Source: Hypanus sabinus
Taxonomy: Eukaryota
Assembly (NCBI RefSeq): GCF_030144855.1
Contig: NC_082716.1
Span: 25,606,001 to 25,670,000 of the forward strand
Direction: 5' to 3'
DNA: 64,000 nt
Under the pieces are notes generated by a model. It worked only from the letters and a program-made list of their open reading frames with translations, was not told where the DNA came from and searched no databases. Below, one piece after another: positions 23,455 through 36,571 of the stretch. The first letter of the stretch is position 1. Each line of letters starts with the position of its first letter. Both the position numbers and the translations under genes were made by a program.

Positions 23455-24700
23455 TTCAAAGTAGAAAGAAAATCTTTTTCTGTGCACATACTTAGCAAAT
23501 TTATAGAGCAGTAACTGTAAACTGTAAACATCAGGAGCTATAAGCTGTAAACAAACTGTGCAAATGAAGATATAAAGAAATAGCAATAAATAATGAGCAT
23601 GAAATAAAAATACACCAGAGTCCTTAAATGAGTGTAGTTATCCCCTTTTGAACCTGGTGGTGTGAGTCCTGAGGCACCTGCACCTTCTATCTGATGGCAG
23701 CAGTGAGAAAAGAGCATGGCCTGGGTGGTGAGGATCTTTGATGATGGATGCTGCCCAGCAATTTAAAGTTACTGACCCTCTCCAACTCTCATCCTCCAAT
23801 GACTACTGGCTTATGGACCTCTAGTTTACCTCTACTGAAGCCTACAAGCCTTTTCTTGGTCTTATTAAAATTGAGTGAGAGGTTGTTGTTATTACACCAC
23901 TCAGTCAAACTTCCAATCTCTTTCCTGCATGCTGATTCATCGCCCCTTTTGATACAGCCCACAACGGTGGTGTCGTCAGCAAACTTGTAAATGGAATTGG
24001 AGCTGTACTTTGCCACACAGTCATAGGGGTAAAGCAGGTAGAGCGGAGAGCTAAGTCCACATCCCTGCAGTAGTCCTTTGCTGATGGAGTTTGTGGAGGA
24101 GATGTTTTTGCCAATCTGAACTGTCTGGGGTCTGCAAGTGAGGAAATCCAGGATCCAATTGCACAAGGGGGTAGCGAGGCCCAGGTCTTTGAGTTTATTG
24201 ATTAGTTTTGAGGGGATGATGGTGTTAAATGTCAAGCTGTAATCAATAAAGTACATCCAGATGTAAGTATCTTTGCTCTCCAGATGTTCCAGGGCTGTGA
24301 GAAGAGCCAACGAGATACCACTTACTTTAGACCTATTGCTTCAGTAGGCAAACTGGAACAGGTCCAAGTTGCCATTCAGACAGGATTTATATGCTTCAGC
24401 ACTAGCCACTCAAAATACTTAATCACTGTGGATGTAAGTGCCACTGGGTGATCGTCATTTAGACAGGTTATCACACTCTTCTTGGGCGATTGAAGTAGGT
24501 GGGTACCACACACTGCTGGAGCAAAAGGTTGAAGATATCCTACACATCATCTTCAGATACTGAGACCAAAGGGTCACAGGGAGATATGGGGGTGCACAAT
24601 GGTTCCTCCTTCTTCTGTCCCTATGCCCATTTTTATATCAGCCACAAACCCGGCCACAAAGCTATCAATTACATCATTCAAGTCATGTACCTTCTGTGCT
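23455..24700 (-). mobile_element. Rex1/Babar-like LINE (RT core)
   Basis: [53 protein letters not shown]. Confidence 0.9.
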
Positions 24701-26680
24701 TAGACGCATAGAGGCGACATGACCACAAGACAAATCTGTACACTACAGTATTAGTACGCTGAAGACACAAACGGACCAGAGCCCCTGTTTTTCCTTTATA
24801 ATTGATTTTTCATTGAACCTGAATCAAATAGCACACACAATTGGAACACTATCCAATTTGCAGGTACTTCTCTTAATCAAGCATATGCTTTAACCAAATT
24901 AATGGCTTGGTTTAAAGTTGAACTGAGGATTGTCAATAATCTGAGGGTAGAATTAAGAATATTTTATTAGACTAATGCTATATTCATTTTTTCTCCTAGA
25001 GCTAAATGAAAAGCCAGAACATCTCATTGTAATTTCTGGGACAGGTAGAATAAGTGCACCTATTAGACAAATCATACAAAATATCCACTCTGCCCTAACT
25101 TAATTGACATTAATAACTTGGAACATGTCAAAGTCACTCTGTCTTAATATTTCAGATCATTCTGTCACTCTGTCATTTGAACATGAGCTTTAATATTAGG
25201 ATATGTGAGAATGCAAAATACTGTACGCATTCTTCACTAATTTCTGCAGCATTTACTTCAAAAATTTTGTCAGAGTGATTGTTGATTGGTTGTAGGTCTG
25301 GTGGGTGTGTTTGATGTGTGGGAACATGAATATTTTAATACTGTTAATTGCTTGGAATAAACGAAATATAAAGGTTTCAATAAAGCAATCTTCTTCAGAG
25401 GTGGAGCTTTATATGGTTTAGCAGATTGATCTGCAGTGCAAGTGGAGCGAGCTGTATAATGAAGGATTGGTAGTCCAGGAGATAAATCAGCAATGGATCA
25501 ATCTAAGATACTTGTTAGTTGTGAAAATTGTTGCGCTAATGATATGGAGGACATTCCACTAATCTACCTGACAACTCAGGTGTTCATTGATTAGTCATTC
25601 ACATGTTTGTAATATCTGGCAATTAGACAACACCATAATACCATCTGCTGACCAGAAAAGCCTGCTTCACTTTCTGTCTGACAAGGCAATTAACTATACA
25701 ATAAGGTGAAATGTGCTCAACAGGGCCTGTTTTATTTTGTACAGAACGGTTAATAATGGCAGTTTCAAACTCATACACATTGTGTTCTTTCTGAAATGGA
25801 CCACAATACAATTCCTAGAATCATTTGTATATCAATACATATACACTTGTTCAGGAAAATAATCTATATGTTATTGCAAAACAAGCTGACCGTAGGGTGG
25901 CCTGCACTGTATACAATTAAACAAATGTTGTTGAGAATATATTTTAGAAGCACTTCCAGCTCAATTAGCCAATATTTTATTATTTATAAACTACAGATGG
26001 CAATGTTTTAGAGTAAAGCAAGCTAAATTGTACAAGGATAGATTTCAATGATAATGTTCAAGAACAGATTATTGAATAATGGAACAATGAGCATAGTGGG
26101 TAGGAGGGGGATTTAATGTGCTTGCCACTTAAAAAGAAGCCATGTAAGTATAATTAGTCTCTGTCTGTAACTGATGTGGCAATACTTTTCAGAGGATAGG
26201 CACATTTTATTCATCAGAGGCATCTGAGGCTTTCACTGACTGTTTGATTGTCTTTTATGCTGTAAGCCCTAAAAGCACATTCAATAACCAATGACTGTTG
26301 ATCCACGGATGGGTAGAATATCTGCATAAAGTCCTGATGGATAGATTTTCCTTCATAATTGAAAGAGTTTGAATTTTTCAAGGGCAAGGGCAAATTTTCT
26401 TTGTGGAAAATAATGCCATGAAATTACCATTTAGTTTGTGAAAAGGGAATTGACCTGTGGTGTTAATTCCGCTTCTGTCTGCACAGATACTGCCTGACCT
26501 ATTGAATAAACCCAACATTTCATGAATTAATTTGAGCTATCCAGGGTTTTTCATTTTCGCTTTTCAGTCATGCTTTTTTATATAAATGTCATTCTTAAAA
26601 GGTATCATGTGATATCTTGGGGCATTCTTTCAGTTTGAATCTGAATCAGGTATGGTTGGTATTATATAGTATTTAGTATG

Positions 26681-26739
26681 TAGAAACGTAGAAAACCTAC
26701 AGCACAACACAGGCCCTTCGGCCCGCAAAGCTGTGCCAA
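26681..26739 (-). mobile_element. CR1 3' terminal hairpin and tail (3' part of the chimera)
   Basis: Minus: ttggcacagctttgcgggccgaagggcctgtgttgtgctgtaggttttctacgtttcta. Confidence 0.8.
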
Positions 26740-26749
26740 TCAAAGAGAT

Positions 26750-26801
26750 CGACGAAGGTGGGATGCAAACCCACACATGCAGAGCACAATGGATTAGCAG
26801 T
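26750..26801 (-). pseudogene. tRNA-Ser(GCT) 3' portion, retroposed fragment
   Basis: Minus: actGCTaatccattgtgctctgcatgtgtgggtttgcatcccaccttcgtcg, covering the anticodon loop, long variable arm, T arm and acceptor 3' strand of vertebrate tRNA-Ser(GCT). 5' half absent; no CCA. Confidence 0.85.
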
Positions 26802-27074
26802 ATTTAGTGTTAATGTAAAATTGAATTAAAATTGTAAGCCTGTACAGAATGAGAGAAAACACACTTGGTGTTCATGCTTGGCTAAGGAAATTGTCATGTA
26901 ATATTATCATCTGTTGGATTATGAGTCATAATCCCACATAAGTGTTCACCTTTCAGTTTCATCCTTAGAGATGATACAGTGTACATCTTCTCTAATTCAT
27001 GAAACACTGAGTTTGAGAGAGGACCACAATATTGGTTACAGGGTGTCCATTCAATAAGATCATGATAATGAAAC

Positions 27075-27455
27075 ATGTTTGGGAGTGGGGAGTAGCACCA
27101 GAAAGAAGTGATAGGCAGGTAAGGGCAAGCGGTAAGAAGCCTGACTGGGCAATAAAGGAAGAGGGACGGGGGAGGGAAAAAATTACCAGAAGGAGAAATC
27201 GATGCCAATGCCATCAGGCTGGAGGCTACCAAGATGGAATATGAGATCCTATCAGATTCCTTCTTCTCCAACCTGGCTTCACCTATCAACTTCTAGCTGT
27301 ACTCCTTCCCCTCCTCCCAACTTTTTATTCTGGTGTCTTTCCCCGTCCTTTCCAATCCTGAAGAAGGGGCTTAGCTTGAAACGTCGACTGTTCATTCACT
27401 TCCATAAATAGTGCATGAACTGCTGAGTTCCTCCAGTGTATTGCCTTATTTGTGT
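27075..27455. mobile_element. Inverted Penelope-derived pLTR pair with hammerhead
   Basis: Purine-rich minus arm (27075-27245) abuts a pyrimidine-rich plus arm carrying the hammerhead core and the shared tail. Confidence 0.65.
27353..27390 (+). ncRNA. Minimal type I hammerhead ribozyme motif (best-preserved copy)
   Basis: caatc CTGAAGA aggggcttagctt GAAA CGTC gactg: core CUGANGA, GAAA and GUC intact; stem I 4/5 paired; stem II weak with G-U pairs. Confidence 0.6.
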
Positions 27456-27499
27456 AGTTACTTACTTTAAAGTATATTTTTAATAATTCCAGATCAGAT

Positions 27500-30425
27500 A
27501 CCCAAATCAGAATCTGGTTTATTTTCACCGATGTATGTCATGAAATTTGTTGCTTTTACAGCAGCAATTACCATAAGTTATAATAAGATATACTGTATGC
27601 AAAATAAATAAGAAGTGCAGAAAAAGAAAGCAAAAATAGTAAAGTGCTTTTCATGGACCACTCTGAAATCTGATAGCAGAGGGAGAGAAGCTGTTCCTAA
27701 AATGTTGATTGTGTATCTTCAGGCTCCTGTACCTCCTCCCACGTGGTAGCAATGAGAAGAGGACATGTCCTGGATGGTGTAGTTCCTTCATAAATGATGT
27801 GGCCTTCTTGAGGCATTGCCTTTTGTATATATCCTCGACGGTAGGGAGATTCGTGCCAAAGATGAGCTGGCTCTGTTCAGAACCCTCTGCAGCTTTATTT
27901 CCAATCTGCACTGACTGTGGTCTCCCAATTCAGAATTCAAAGATAGATCCAAGATAGATCCAGTTGTAGAGGGAGCTACAGAGGCCCAGGTTTTGAAGCT
28001 TGTTGAATCAATAAACAGCAGTCTAATGGAGGTATTTCTATTGTCCAGGTGGTCCAAGGCTGAATAGAGTGCCAGTAAGAATGGACTGTAGATCTATTGT
28101 GGCGGAAGGCAAATTGCAGTGGGTCCAGGTCCTTGCTCAGGCAAGGGTTAATACAAGCTATGATCAACCTCTCAAAGTACTTCATCACAGTGGTTGTGAG
28201 TGCTACTGGATGACAATTATTGAGTCCATTCACCTTGCTCTTCTTGGGCACTGCTATGAGTTTCACACTTTTGAAGTAGGTGACAACCTCCAATTGCAGC
28301 TCTGAGAGATTGGAGATATCCTTGAATACTCCAGCCAGCTGGTTGGCACAGCTTTTCTGGGCCCTCCCAGGTACACCATTAGGGCCTGATGTTTTACGAG
28401 AGTTCACCCTTTTAAAAGATGTTCAGACAGAAATGCCTCTGAGGCAGAAACCACAGGCTTGGCAGATGCTGGCAGGTATTCATACAGCCACAGTTTTATT
28501 CTCCCATAGAAACATAGAAAATAGATGCAGGAGTAGGCCTTTCGGCCCTTCAAGCCTGCACCGCCATTCAGTATGATCATGGCTGATCATCCAACTCAGA
28601 GCCCTGTACCTGCTTTCTCTCCATACCCCCTGATCCCTTTAGCCACAAGGGTCATATCTAATTTCCTCTTAAATATAGCCAATGAACTGGCCTCAACTGT
28701 TTCCTGTGGCAGAGAATTCCACAGATTCACCACTCTCTGTGTGAAGAAGTTTTTCCTCATCTTGGTCCCAAGAGGCTCCCCCATTATCCTTAAACTGTGA
28801 CCCCTCGTTCTGGACTTTCCCAACATCGGAAACAATCTTCCTGCATCTAGCCTGTCAAATCCCTTTAGAATTTTATACGTTTCAATAAGATTCCCCCCTC
28901 AATCTTCTAAATTCCAGTGAGTATAAGCCTAGTTGATCTAGTCTTTCTTCATATGAAAGTCCTGCCATCCCAGGAATCAATCTGGTGAACCTTCTCTGTA
29001 CTCCCTCTATGGCAAGAATGTCTTTCCTCAGATTAGGGGACCAAAACTGCACACAATATACTAGGTGCCGTTTCACCAAGGCCTTGTACAACTGCAGTAG
29101 AACCTCCCTGCTCCTGTACTCAAATTCTTTTGCTGTGAATGCCAACATACCATTTGCCTTTTTCACCACCTTCTGTACCTGCATGCCCACCTTCAATAAA
29201 TGGTGTACAATGACACCCATGTCTCCTTGCATCTCCCCTTTTCCTAATCAGCCATCATTCAGATAATAATTTGTTTTCCTGTTCTTGCAACCAAAGTGGA
29301 TAACCTCACATTTATCCACATTAAATTGCACCTGCCATAAATTTGCCCACTCACTTAACCTATCCAAGTCACCCTGCTCACAGTCATCCGCAAACTTAGA
29401 GATGCTGCATTTAATTCCCTCGTCTAAATCATTAATATATATTGTAAACAATTGGGCTCCCAGCACTGAGCCTTGCGGTACCCCACTAGTCACTCACTGC
29501 CTGCCATTCTGAAAAGATCCCGTTTACTCCCACTCTTTGCTTCCTGTCTGCCAACCAATTCTCTATCCACATCAATCCCATACCCCCAATACCGTGTGCT
29601 TTAAGTTTGCACACTAATCTCCTGTGTGGGACCTTGTCAAAAGCCTTTTGAAAATCTAAATATACCACATGCACTGGCTCTCCCCTATCCACTCTACTAG
29701 TTACATCTTCAAAAAATTCTATATATTTCAATGTGTGCATAAATGGTGTTCAGCTCATTGGAGAGTGATGCATCACAGCCATCTATGATGTTAGGTTTTG
29801 TCTTGTAGGAAGTAATGTCCTGCAAACCCTGCTAGAGCTAATAGGCATCTGATTCTGTCTCTAACCTCCTTCGGGACTGCTTTATCACTCTTAAGATAGC
29901 CTTCCTTAGGATATACCTGGACTTCTTGTGAAGTTCTGGATCATTGGTCTTGAATGCCATAGATCTACCCCTCAGCAGACTGTGAATTGTACAGTTCATC
30001 CATGGCTTCTGATTTGGATATGTCAGGTGTGTTCTTAAAGGCACACAGTTATCCAGACAGGATTTGATAAAGTCAATAACAGCTGTGGCATATTCATACA
30101 GATCTGAAGATGAATCCCTGAATATAGTTCAGTCCACCAATTCAAAGAAGTCTTGTACATGCCCCTTTAGCTCCCTTGATCATTCTACCGGTCCTCACCA
30201 CTAGTGTTGTGGTCTTCAGTCTCTGCCTGAATGCTGGGAGTAGAAGTACAGCCATGTGATCAGACTTGTCAAAATGTGGGGGTGGAATGACATGGTAAGT
30301 GTTCCTGATGGTGGTGTAACAATGCTCAAGTGTGTTGCCTCCTCTGGTTCCAAAAGTGACATGTTGGTGGTAGTTGGTCAGAGGATTCTTCAAGCTTGTT
30401 GAAGTCCCCCTCGATGATCACAGTG
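27500..30425 (-). mobile_element. Rex1/Babar-like LINE (EN end, RT start, 3' end), split by a CR1
   Basis: TRGGNTLEHCY..SDH (APE endonuclease), YPNQKPWM, SGPNGVPGR..HPVALTTTVMKYFERL..DPLQFAFR. Sequence continues across the CR1 at 28505/29725. Confidence 0.9.
28506..29722 (-). mobile_element. CR1 LINE nested in Rex1
   Basis: YLDFQKAFDKVPH, SGVPQGSVLG, KFADD, YCVQFWSP, FFTQRVVNLWNSLP; tail ttctatgtttctat. Confidence 0.95.
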
Positions 30426-32061
30426 TCTGCAGAAACATCAGGGCATTCCCAGCAGAATGCCTCAGCAAATCATATCTGAACTGCACTTGCTACTTTGAGC
30501 ATACTCTAGCTCACTGGATACCTTTCTGTCTTTCCATATCTGGAGAACCTAGCTTCAAGTGGAGGGGATCACTTTCTGGAAAATCAGGCACAGACTGAAA
30601 GCAGGATGACCTGGTCCCAACTTGCGTACACGGATACTTCAGATCTTACAGGCGTGGTAAGAGGTGAAGGAAATTGGAAATAAAAACAAATTGTTGGAAA
30701 AACATATCCGTGATAAAATTTCAGGTCAAATCTTTGATTAGAACTTTGTGTTGTGATTGTAAGTCATCAACTGGAAATGTTAACTTTGTTTCCCAATCTA
30801 AATGCTGACTGACCTTTTGCATATTTCCCGTGTATTTTGAATTCTGCAATTTAATTTGATCATCTGTTCAATTTTGCTGAATGTTTTAACTTCATTTGGA
30901 AGCATTTGGAGGAACCGAAGCTAATACGACAGGAAACACATTTCTGCAGCAAGTCATAGAATCATTAAAAGCTATGGCACAGAAACAGGCCCTTCAGGCA
31001 TCTAGTCCATGATGAACTATTATGCTGCCTCGTCCCATCTACCAAGTGGTTACTTGTATTTTGCTCTCCATTTGATGTATTTAAATATCCTTTCTAGAGA
31101 ATAAAATGAGCTTGATTACAACTAATATCGAGCCTTTAATGTTTGTTTTATCGTTTTAATGGTTTGTTGTTTGATTTTCCATTAAAAAATTTGATAAAGT
31201 CCTTCATGCCTACATATTTATTAAATTCCTTAGTTCATTATGATGCTGTCATTAATGACATTTAAATTGCAGTCAACTAAGTGAGAAACTGAATTCCTTT
31301 GGTGGTGGGAAGGGAGGAGGGAGGGAGAGCTTGATCACTTAGTAATTCAAGATGAAGGAGAAGCATTTAAGAACAAATGAATGCAGGTGGCCATTGTAAA
31401 AATTTGGCCAAAGCTTTCAATAGCCCGGATCCTGTGTGAATAGATCCCTCTGGATACGTAAAGGGGACATGTCAGAGGAGACTTTTCTTTTCAGCCTCAC
31501 TTCTCAAGACAGGCTGTCACAAAATTGTACCATCTGCTGTATAATGAGCTGCAGACAACATCTGGATCGAAGACAGCTCCTCCTCTGCAAGTGAAGGTTA
31601 GAATCAAACCACTGACGTCTGCAGCACAGAAGGAGGACATTTGGCTGGAGAAATCCAAAAATAATCCCATAGCACAGCTCCCTCACTGTAGCCTTGTATA
31701 TCTCGCTGATTCAAGTTTTTATCACATTTTCTCTCGTTTCCACATTCCCTGTGGCAAAGCATTCCTGGCTGCAACAACTGCCTTTGCAGAGAGATTACTT
31801 TTAACTTCTCTGCTCAGTCTCTCAGTAACAATTCTAAACTCGTGACCCTCTTGACAGCAACTCCCCGGTGAGAGGAAGTAGGCTTTTTTCCTATATTCAC
31901 TCCAACCTCATGACCCAATTGAACTACAAGGATTCTGGGAGCATTCAGGTTCTTACTTTTTAACTTCATATAAAGACTGTTCAAAGCACAACATGAGTCA
32001 AACCATCTTTACTCATTGATCAAAGGAAGCAACTGTTCTACCCACAACATTTAATTGTCTC

Positions 32062-32478
32062 AAAGTTCAGAGTAAACTTATGATCAAAGTACATATACCC
32101 TGAGATTCATTTTCTTGCATCCATTCATTGTAGATGCAAAGCAATGGAATAAAATCAATGATAAAAGTGCATGCAAAGATAGCCAACCAATGAGCATAAG
32201 AAGAAAACTGTACAATTACAAAATAAAAAATAATTATTATTATTAATAAATCAGTAATAAATAATATTGAGAACATTTAGAGTCCTTGAAATTAAATCTA
32301 TAGGTTGTGGAATAGTTCAATGTTGGGATGAGTGAAGTTATCCATGCCAGTTCATGAGCCTGTTGGTTGAATGGTATTAACTGTTCCTAAACCTGGTGGT
32401 ATTTGACAAAACACTCCAGTACCTGCTTCCTGATGGCAGCAGTGAGAAGACAGTATGGCTTGGATGGCGGGTCCTTGA
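32062..32478 (-). mobile_element. Rex1/Babar-like LINE, 3' part (continues at 34520-35130)
   Basis: 3' UTR and C-terminal motif end at gggtccttga; the expected continuation tgctgctttc appears at about 34525. Confidence 0.8.
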
Positions 32479-32479
32479 C

Positions 32480-34519
32480 AAATTCACCAACTCCCACGGC
32501 CCCAGGTGGTCCTATGATTTTAGTCTTGGAGGTCTACATGTGAGAAGACTTCAGGAGTGTGAACCCATGAAAAGTATTCAGCACAGGTGCAGTAGCTGGC
32601 TAAGTACTAAAGACCCATGTTGATCACTGAGATCTTTAACCTCTCGTTAAGGCAGCCTGACATACCTACCTACTTCAAGCAGACTTTACTTATATTGGTG
32701 CCTAAGTCATTAAAGACCCCTCACACCCTCTCCATAAACTGTTTGTTCTTCTACCATCAGGTAAATGTTACAGGAGCATCAAAACTAAAACCACAAGGCT
32801 ACTAAACAGCTTCCTCCCACAGGCAGTCAGACTGCTAAATAGCTGCTCTACCTGATTCTGCTTTGGACACTTTTAACTTGCACTGGACATTTGTAACTTG
32901 TTTTTAACTGACATGTGGTGGTTGTGTTTTACTATTTATTGTTGTGTTTATTATTTAGTGTTGCATTTGTTATGTTATGATTGCACTGCGCCTTGGAAAC
33001 GCTGTCTCATTCTGCCCTGCAGAGCTGATGTACGGTTAGAATGACAATAAAGTTTTTGAGTCTTGAATCTTGAATATGGTAACCTGCCTCAGTGGCTATT
33101 ATTCAACATAGTTTACATCAACAGTGATCAAGTGTCTTGAGAGGTTGGTGATGAAACATATCAACTCCGGGCTGAGAAGCTTCTTGGATTTGCTCCAATT
33201 TGCCTATCAGAGCAACAGGTCCACATTGGATGCCATCTCATTGGCTCTTCACGCAACCCTGGAAAATCTGGACAACAAAAATGCATACATCAGAATGATC
33301 TTCATCAATTACAGGTTGGCATATAATACAATCATCCCCTCAAAACTAATCATTAAGCTTCAAGACCTTGGCCTCCGTGCCTCCTTGTGCAATTGGATTC
33401 TCGATTTCCTCTCTTGCGGACCCCAGTCAGCTTGGATTGGCAACAATATCTCCTCCACAATCTTCCTCAGGACAGGTGTACCATAAGGCTGTCTGCTCAG
33501 CCCCCTGTTCTACTGCTTTACACTTATGGCGGTTCAGCTAAGTACAGGTCCACCTGCCATATTCAAGTTTGCTGATGATACCACTGTCATAGGCTGAAAC
33601 AAGGGTGGTGATGAATCAGCATATAGGAGGGAGATAGAAAATCTGGTTGAACGGTGCCATAGAAACAACCTCTTGCTCAATGTCAGCAAGACCAAGCAGC
33701 TGATCATTGATTTCAGTAAGAGGAAACCAGAGGTCCAAGAGCCAGTCCTCATCAGAGGATCAGAGGAGGAGAGGGTCAGCATCTTTAAGATCTTTGGTGT
33801 TCATTTCAGAGGATCTATCCTGGGTCCAGCACATAAGTGCAATTATAAAGAAAGCACAGCAGCTGCTCTACTTCCTTAAGAGTTTGTGAAGATTCAGCAT
33901 GACATCTAAAACTTTGACAATCTTCTATAGATGTGTGGTGAAAAGTATATGGACTGTCTGGTATGGAATCTCCAATGCCCTGGAATGGAAAAACCCGCAA
34001 AAAATCATGGATGCCACACAGTCCATCATGGGTAAAGCACATCTCCATGAAGTATTGTCACAGGGAAGCAGCATCCATCATCAGGGACCCCCACCACCCA
34101 GTTCATGCTCTCTTCTCACCGCTGTAGTCAGGAGAAGGTACAGGAACCTCAGCACTCACACCACCAGGTTCAGGGACAGTTATTACGCCTCAACCATCAG
34201 GCTCTTGAAGCAAAGGTGATAAATGCATTCAGCTCTCTTGCCTCATCATTGAAATGTTCTCATAGCCTATCAATTCACTTTCAAGGACTTTTCATCTTAT
34301 GTTTTCGATACTTATTGCTTACTTTCTGTACTTGCACAGCTTATTGTCTTTTCCACACTGGTTGAATGCCCAAATTGGTATGGTTTTTCAATGATGTTAT
34401 TATGGATATTATTTTATTATGGGTTTATTGAGTATCCCTGATAGAAAATGAATCTTGGGGTTCTATATGGAGATATATGCTGTATATACTTTGATAATAC
34501 ATTTTCTTTGAACTTTGAT
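32480..34519 (+). mobile_element. Rex1/Babar-like LINE inserted antisense into another Rex1
   Basis: [70 protein letters not shown]; tail tttgaactttga. Confidence 0.9.
32706..33076 (+). mobile_element. Third Rex1-like 3' fragment, nested in 32480-34519
   Basis: IKDPSHP..LFVLLPSG..LLNSFLPQAVRLLN; distinct 3' UTR ending gacaataaag and (tcttga)n. Confidence 0.8.
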
Positions 34520-35130
34520 CTTTGCTGCTTTCTTGTGGCTGCACTTCTTTTCGATATGGTCAGAGGTGGGGTTAGCTTTACCTGTGATGTGACTCTCTAA
34601 TTTTTGAAGGTTTTTCCATTTGTGGGCATCGGTGATTCCATACCAGGCCATGATGCAACCAGTCAGGATATTTCCACTGTGGATCTATTGATGTTTGTCA
34701 AAGTTTTAGATGACATGGAAAATCTGCACAAATTTCTCAGAAATAAGAGGTGCTTCCATGCTTTCTTCGTAATGGCACTTAAGTGATGGTCCCAGAAGAG
34801 ATCCTCTGAAATAATAATGCCAAAGAACTTAATGTTACTGGCCCTCTCCATCTCCTATCTCCTGATGAGGAATGGCTCATGGATCTTTATTTTCTTCCCC
34901 CTGCAGGTAACAATCAACTATTTTGTTTCACTGATGTTGAGAGGCTGTCATTGTGACACCATTCAACCAGATTTTCAAACTCCCTCCTATGTGCCAATTT
35001 GTCACCACCTTGGATTCGGCCTATGTCAGTGGTGTCGTCAGCAAACTTGAATATAACATTGGAGCTGTACTTAGCCTCACAGTCATAAAAGTAATCCGAG
35101 TAGTGCAGGAGGCTAAGCACACAGTCTGCC
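34520..35130 (-). mobile_element. Rex1/Babar-like LINE, upstream part of 32062-32478
   Basis: IFKFADDTTDIGRI, KFFGIIISEDLFW, AWYG. Confidence 0.85.
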
Positions 35131-36549
35131 TGTTTCTCTATTTCCTTTTTATCCCTTATACTAAATTCCTTCATCACATGTACTAGAATCTGAATTTCCT
35201 GAGACTTGAGTCTTAGGTGCACAAAATAACATTTCACTTTGCCTTTTAATCCACAACAACAATAAAACTTTGTATTCTCCCTTTCATGCAATTTTACCTT
35301 TATATTAATTTTTGTCTGAGTTTTATTTTTGTCTGCGAGCCATATTTTAAATAAACAAAATCACTGTCAAAAATTACAGTGTAACCTTGCAGTTGGTAGG
35401 GAAATATTATAATTGATGGTCTTACTGCCTCCAAACAACCTCTTGCTAAATTCAACTCTTGACCTTTGAACTATTGACCTGTTCCTTTCCCTTCTAATTC
35501 TTTTCAGAAGATGAATTATAGAATTGTATTTTCTACCTCCATGGAGTGTGCTTGACCCAATCTTTCTTTAGTATCAATATATGTTTTAAAAATGTTATTT
35601 CAGAATTCTATCTTTTCCTTCCTAGTTTCATATTAATGAAAATTATTTAATCTGATTGACTGCTAGCCTACTGACATTACAGATGAAGGCAATCAAGAAT
35701 TACCTTTAACTGACATTGAGAGAGAGGATGGTGTTTAAGAAGACCTGACATTTGAGGGTAAGTGGCTAAAGGCGAAAAGCAGTTAGGAGGACCAGCTTTG
35801 GGGGATGGTAGTCTGAAAATGATGACTTGAGTTGATTTGGATGAACTTGAAGATGTGATGTCAAGTCAACTTTTTGGAGATGCTGCGGGCTAGAGGAGGG
35901 AGAGATGTGGTAACTCTAAGAGACCCTGTTGGCTGGTTAGAAATGGGAACCAAGGAGGGAGTGATGTTTTGTTTAAGGTGAGCAGCAGAGAAGGGGTGAA
36001 TGACATTCGCTTTTGGCTACAGCTGGCTTCCAGCATATCAGTGTATTCAGTTATCCCTACATTCTTTCACCTCTTCACTTGGATTATCTTGATAATGTAT
36101 TGCAGCAAGTGACCTAGCCAGATAATCGGTCTTCCCTATTCCAGTGATGGCCATTATCAATCAACACTGGAATATTGTTGGCCCTACAAATCCTCCCATT
36201 TTCTTAATCATGAAAAGGATTTGGAGTTCAGGTGCTAGCTTTGGAGAGCAATACTCGGTGTGCACCATGATCTGGAAAGTGATTGCAGAGTCCACACTAG
36301 AACGTGGTCCAGGAGTTTTATAAGCTGGAGAGAAGGAGAGAGCACTCCAGTCATTAATACTATTCTTGTGCTGGCAAGGAATTACAGGACATCCTCTTGG
36401 TTCAGTGCTTCTTTAGAATGTGATAAATTCTTGGATCATTTAGTGACTCTGAATTCACTTTTGTTTGGAAGGTGATATTAGGAAAGTACAGTGCAGTTGA
36501 TGGTGATAATGTATCTTTAAGTTGGACTGTGAACTGTCATTAAAAGACA

Positions 36550-36571
36550 GAAGAAGAAGAAGAAGAAGAAG
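36550..36571 (+). repeat. (GAA)n microsatellite followed by an old CR1 3' end
   Basis: gaagaagaagaagaagaagaag read directly. Confidence 0.9.

Noticed and set aside
26750-26801. Functional tRNA-Ser gene
   Set aside because: 5' half and A box missing; T-loop mutated.
31496-31845. Plus-strand ORF after an acceptor-like ttttcttttcag
   Set aside because: No homology recognised, and the distal part resembles an ancient antisense CR1 tail (cacagaaggaggacatttggc).
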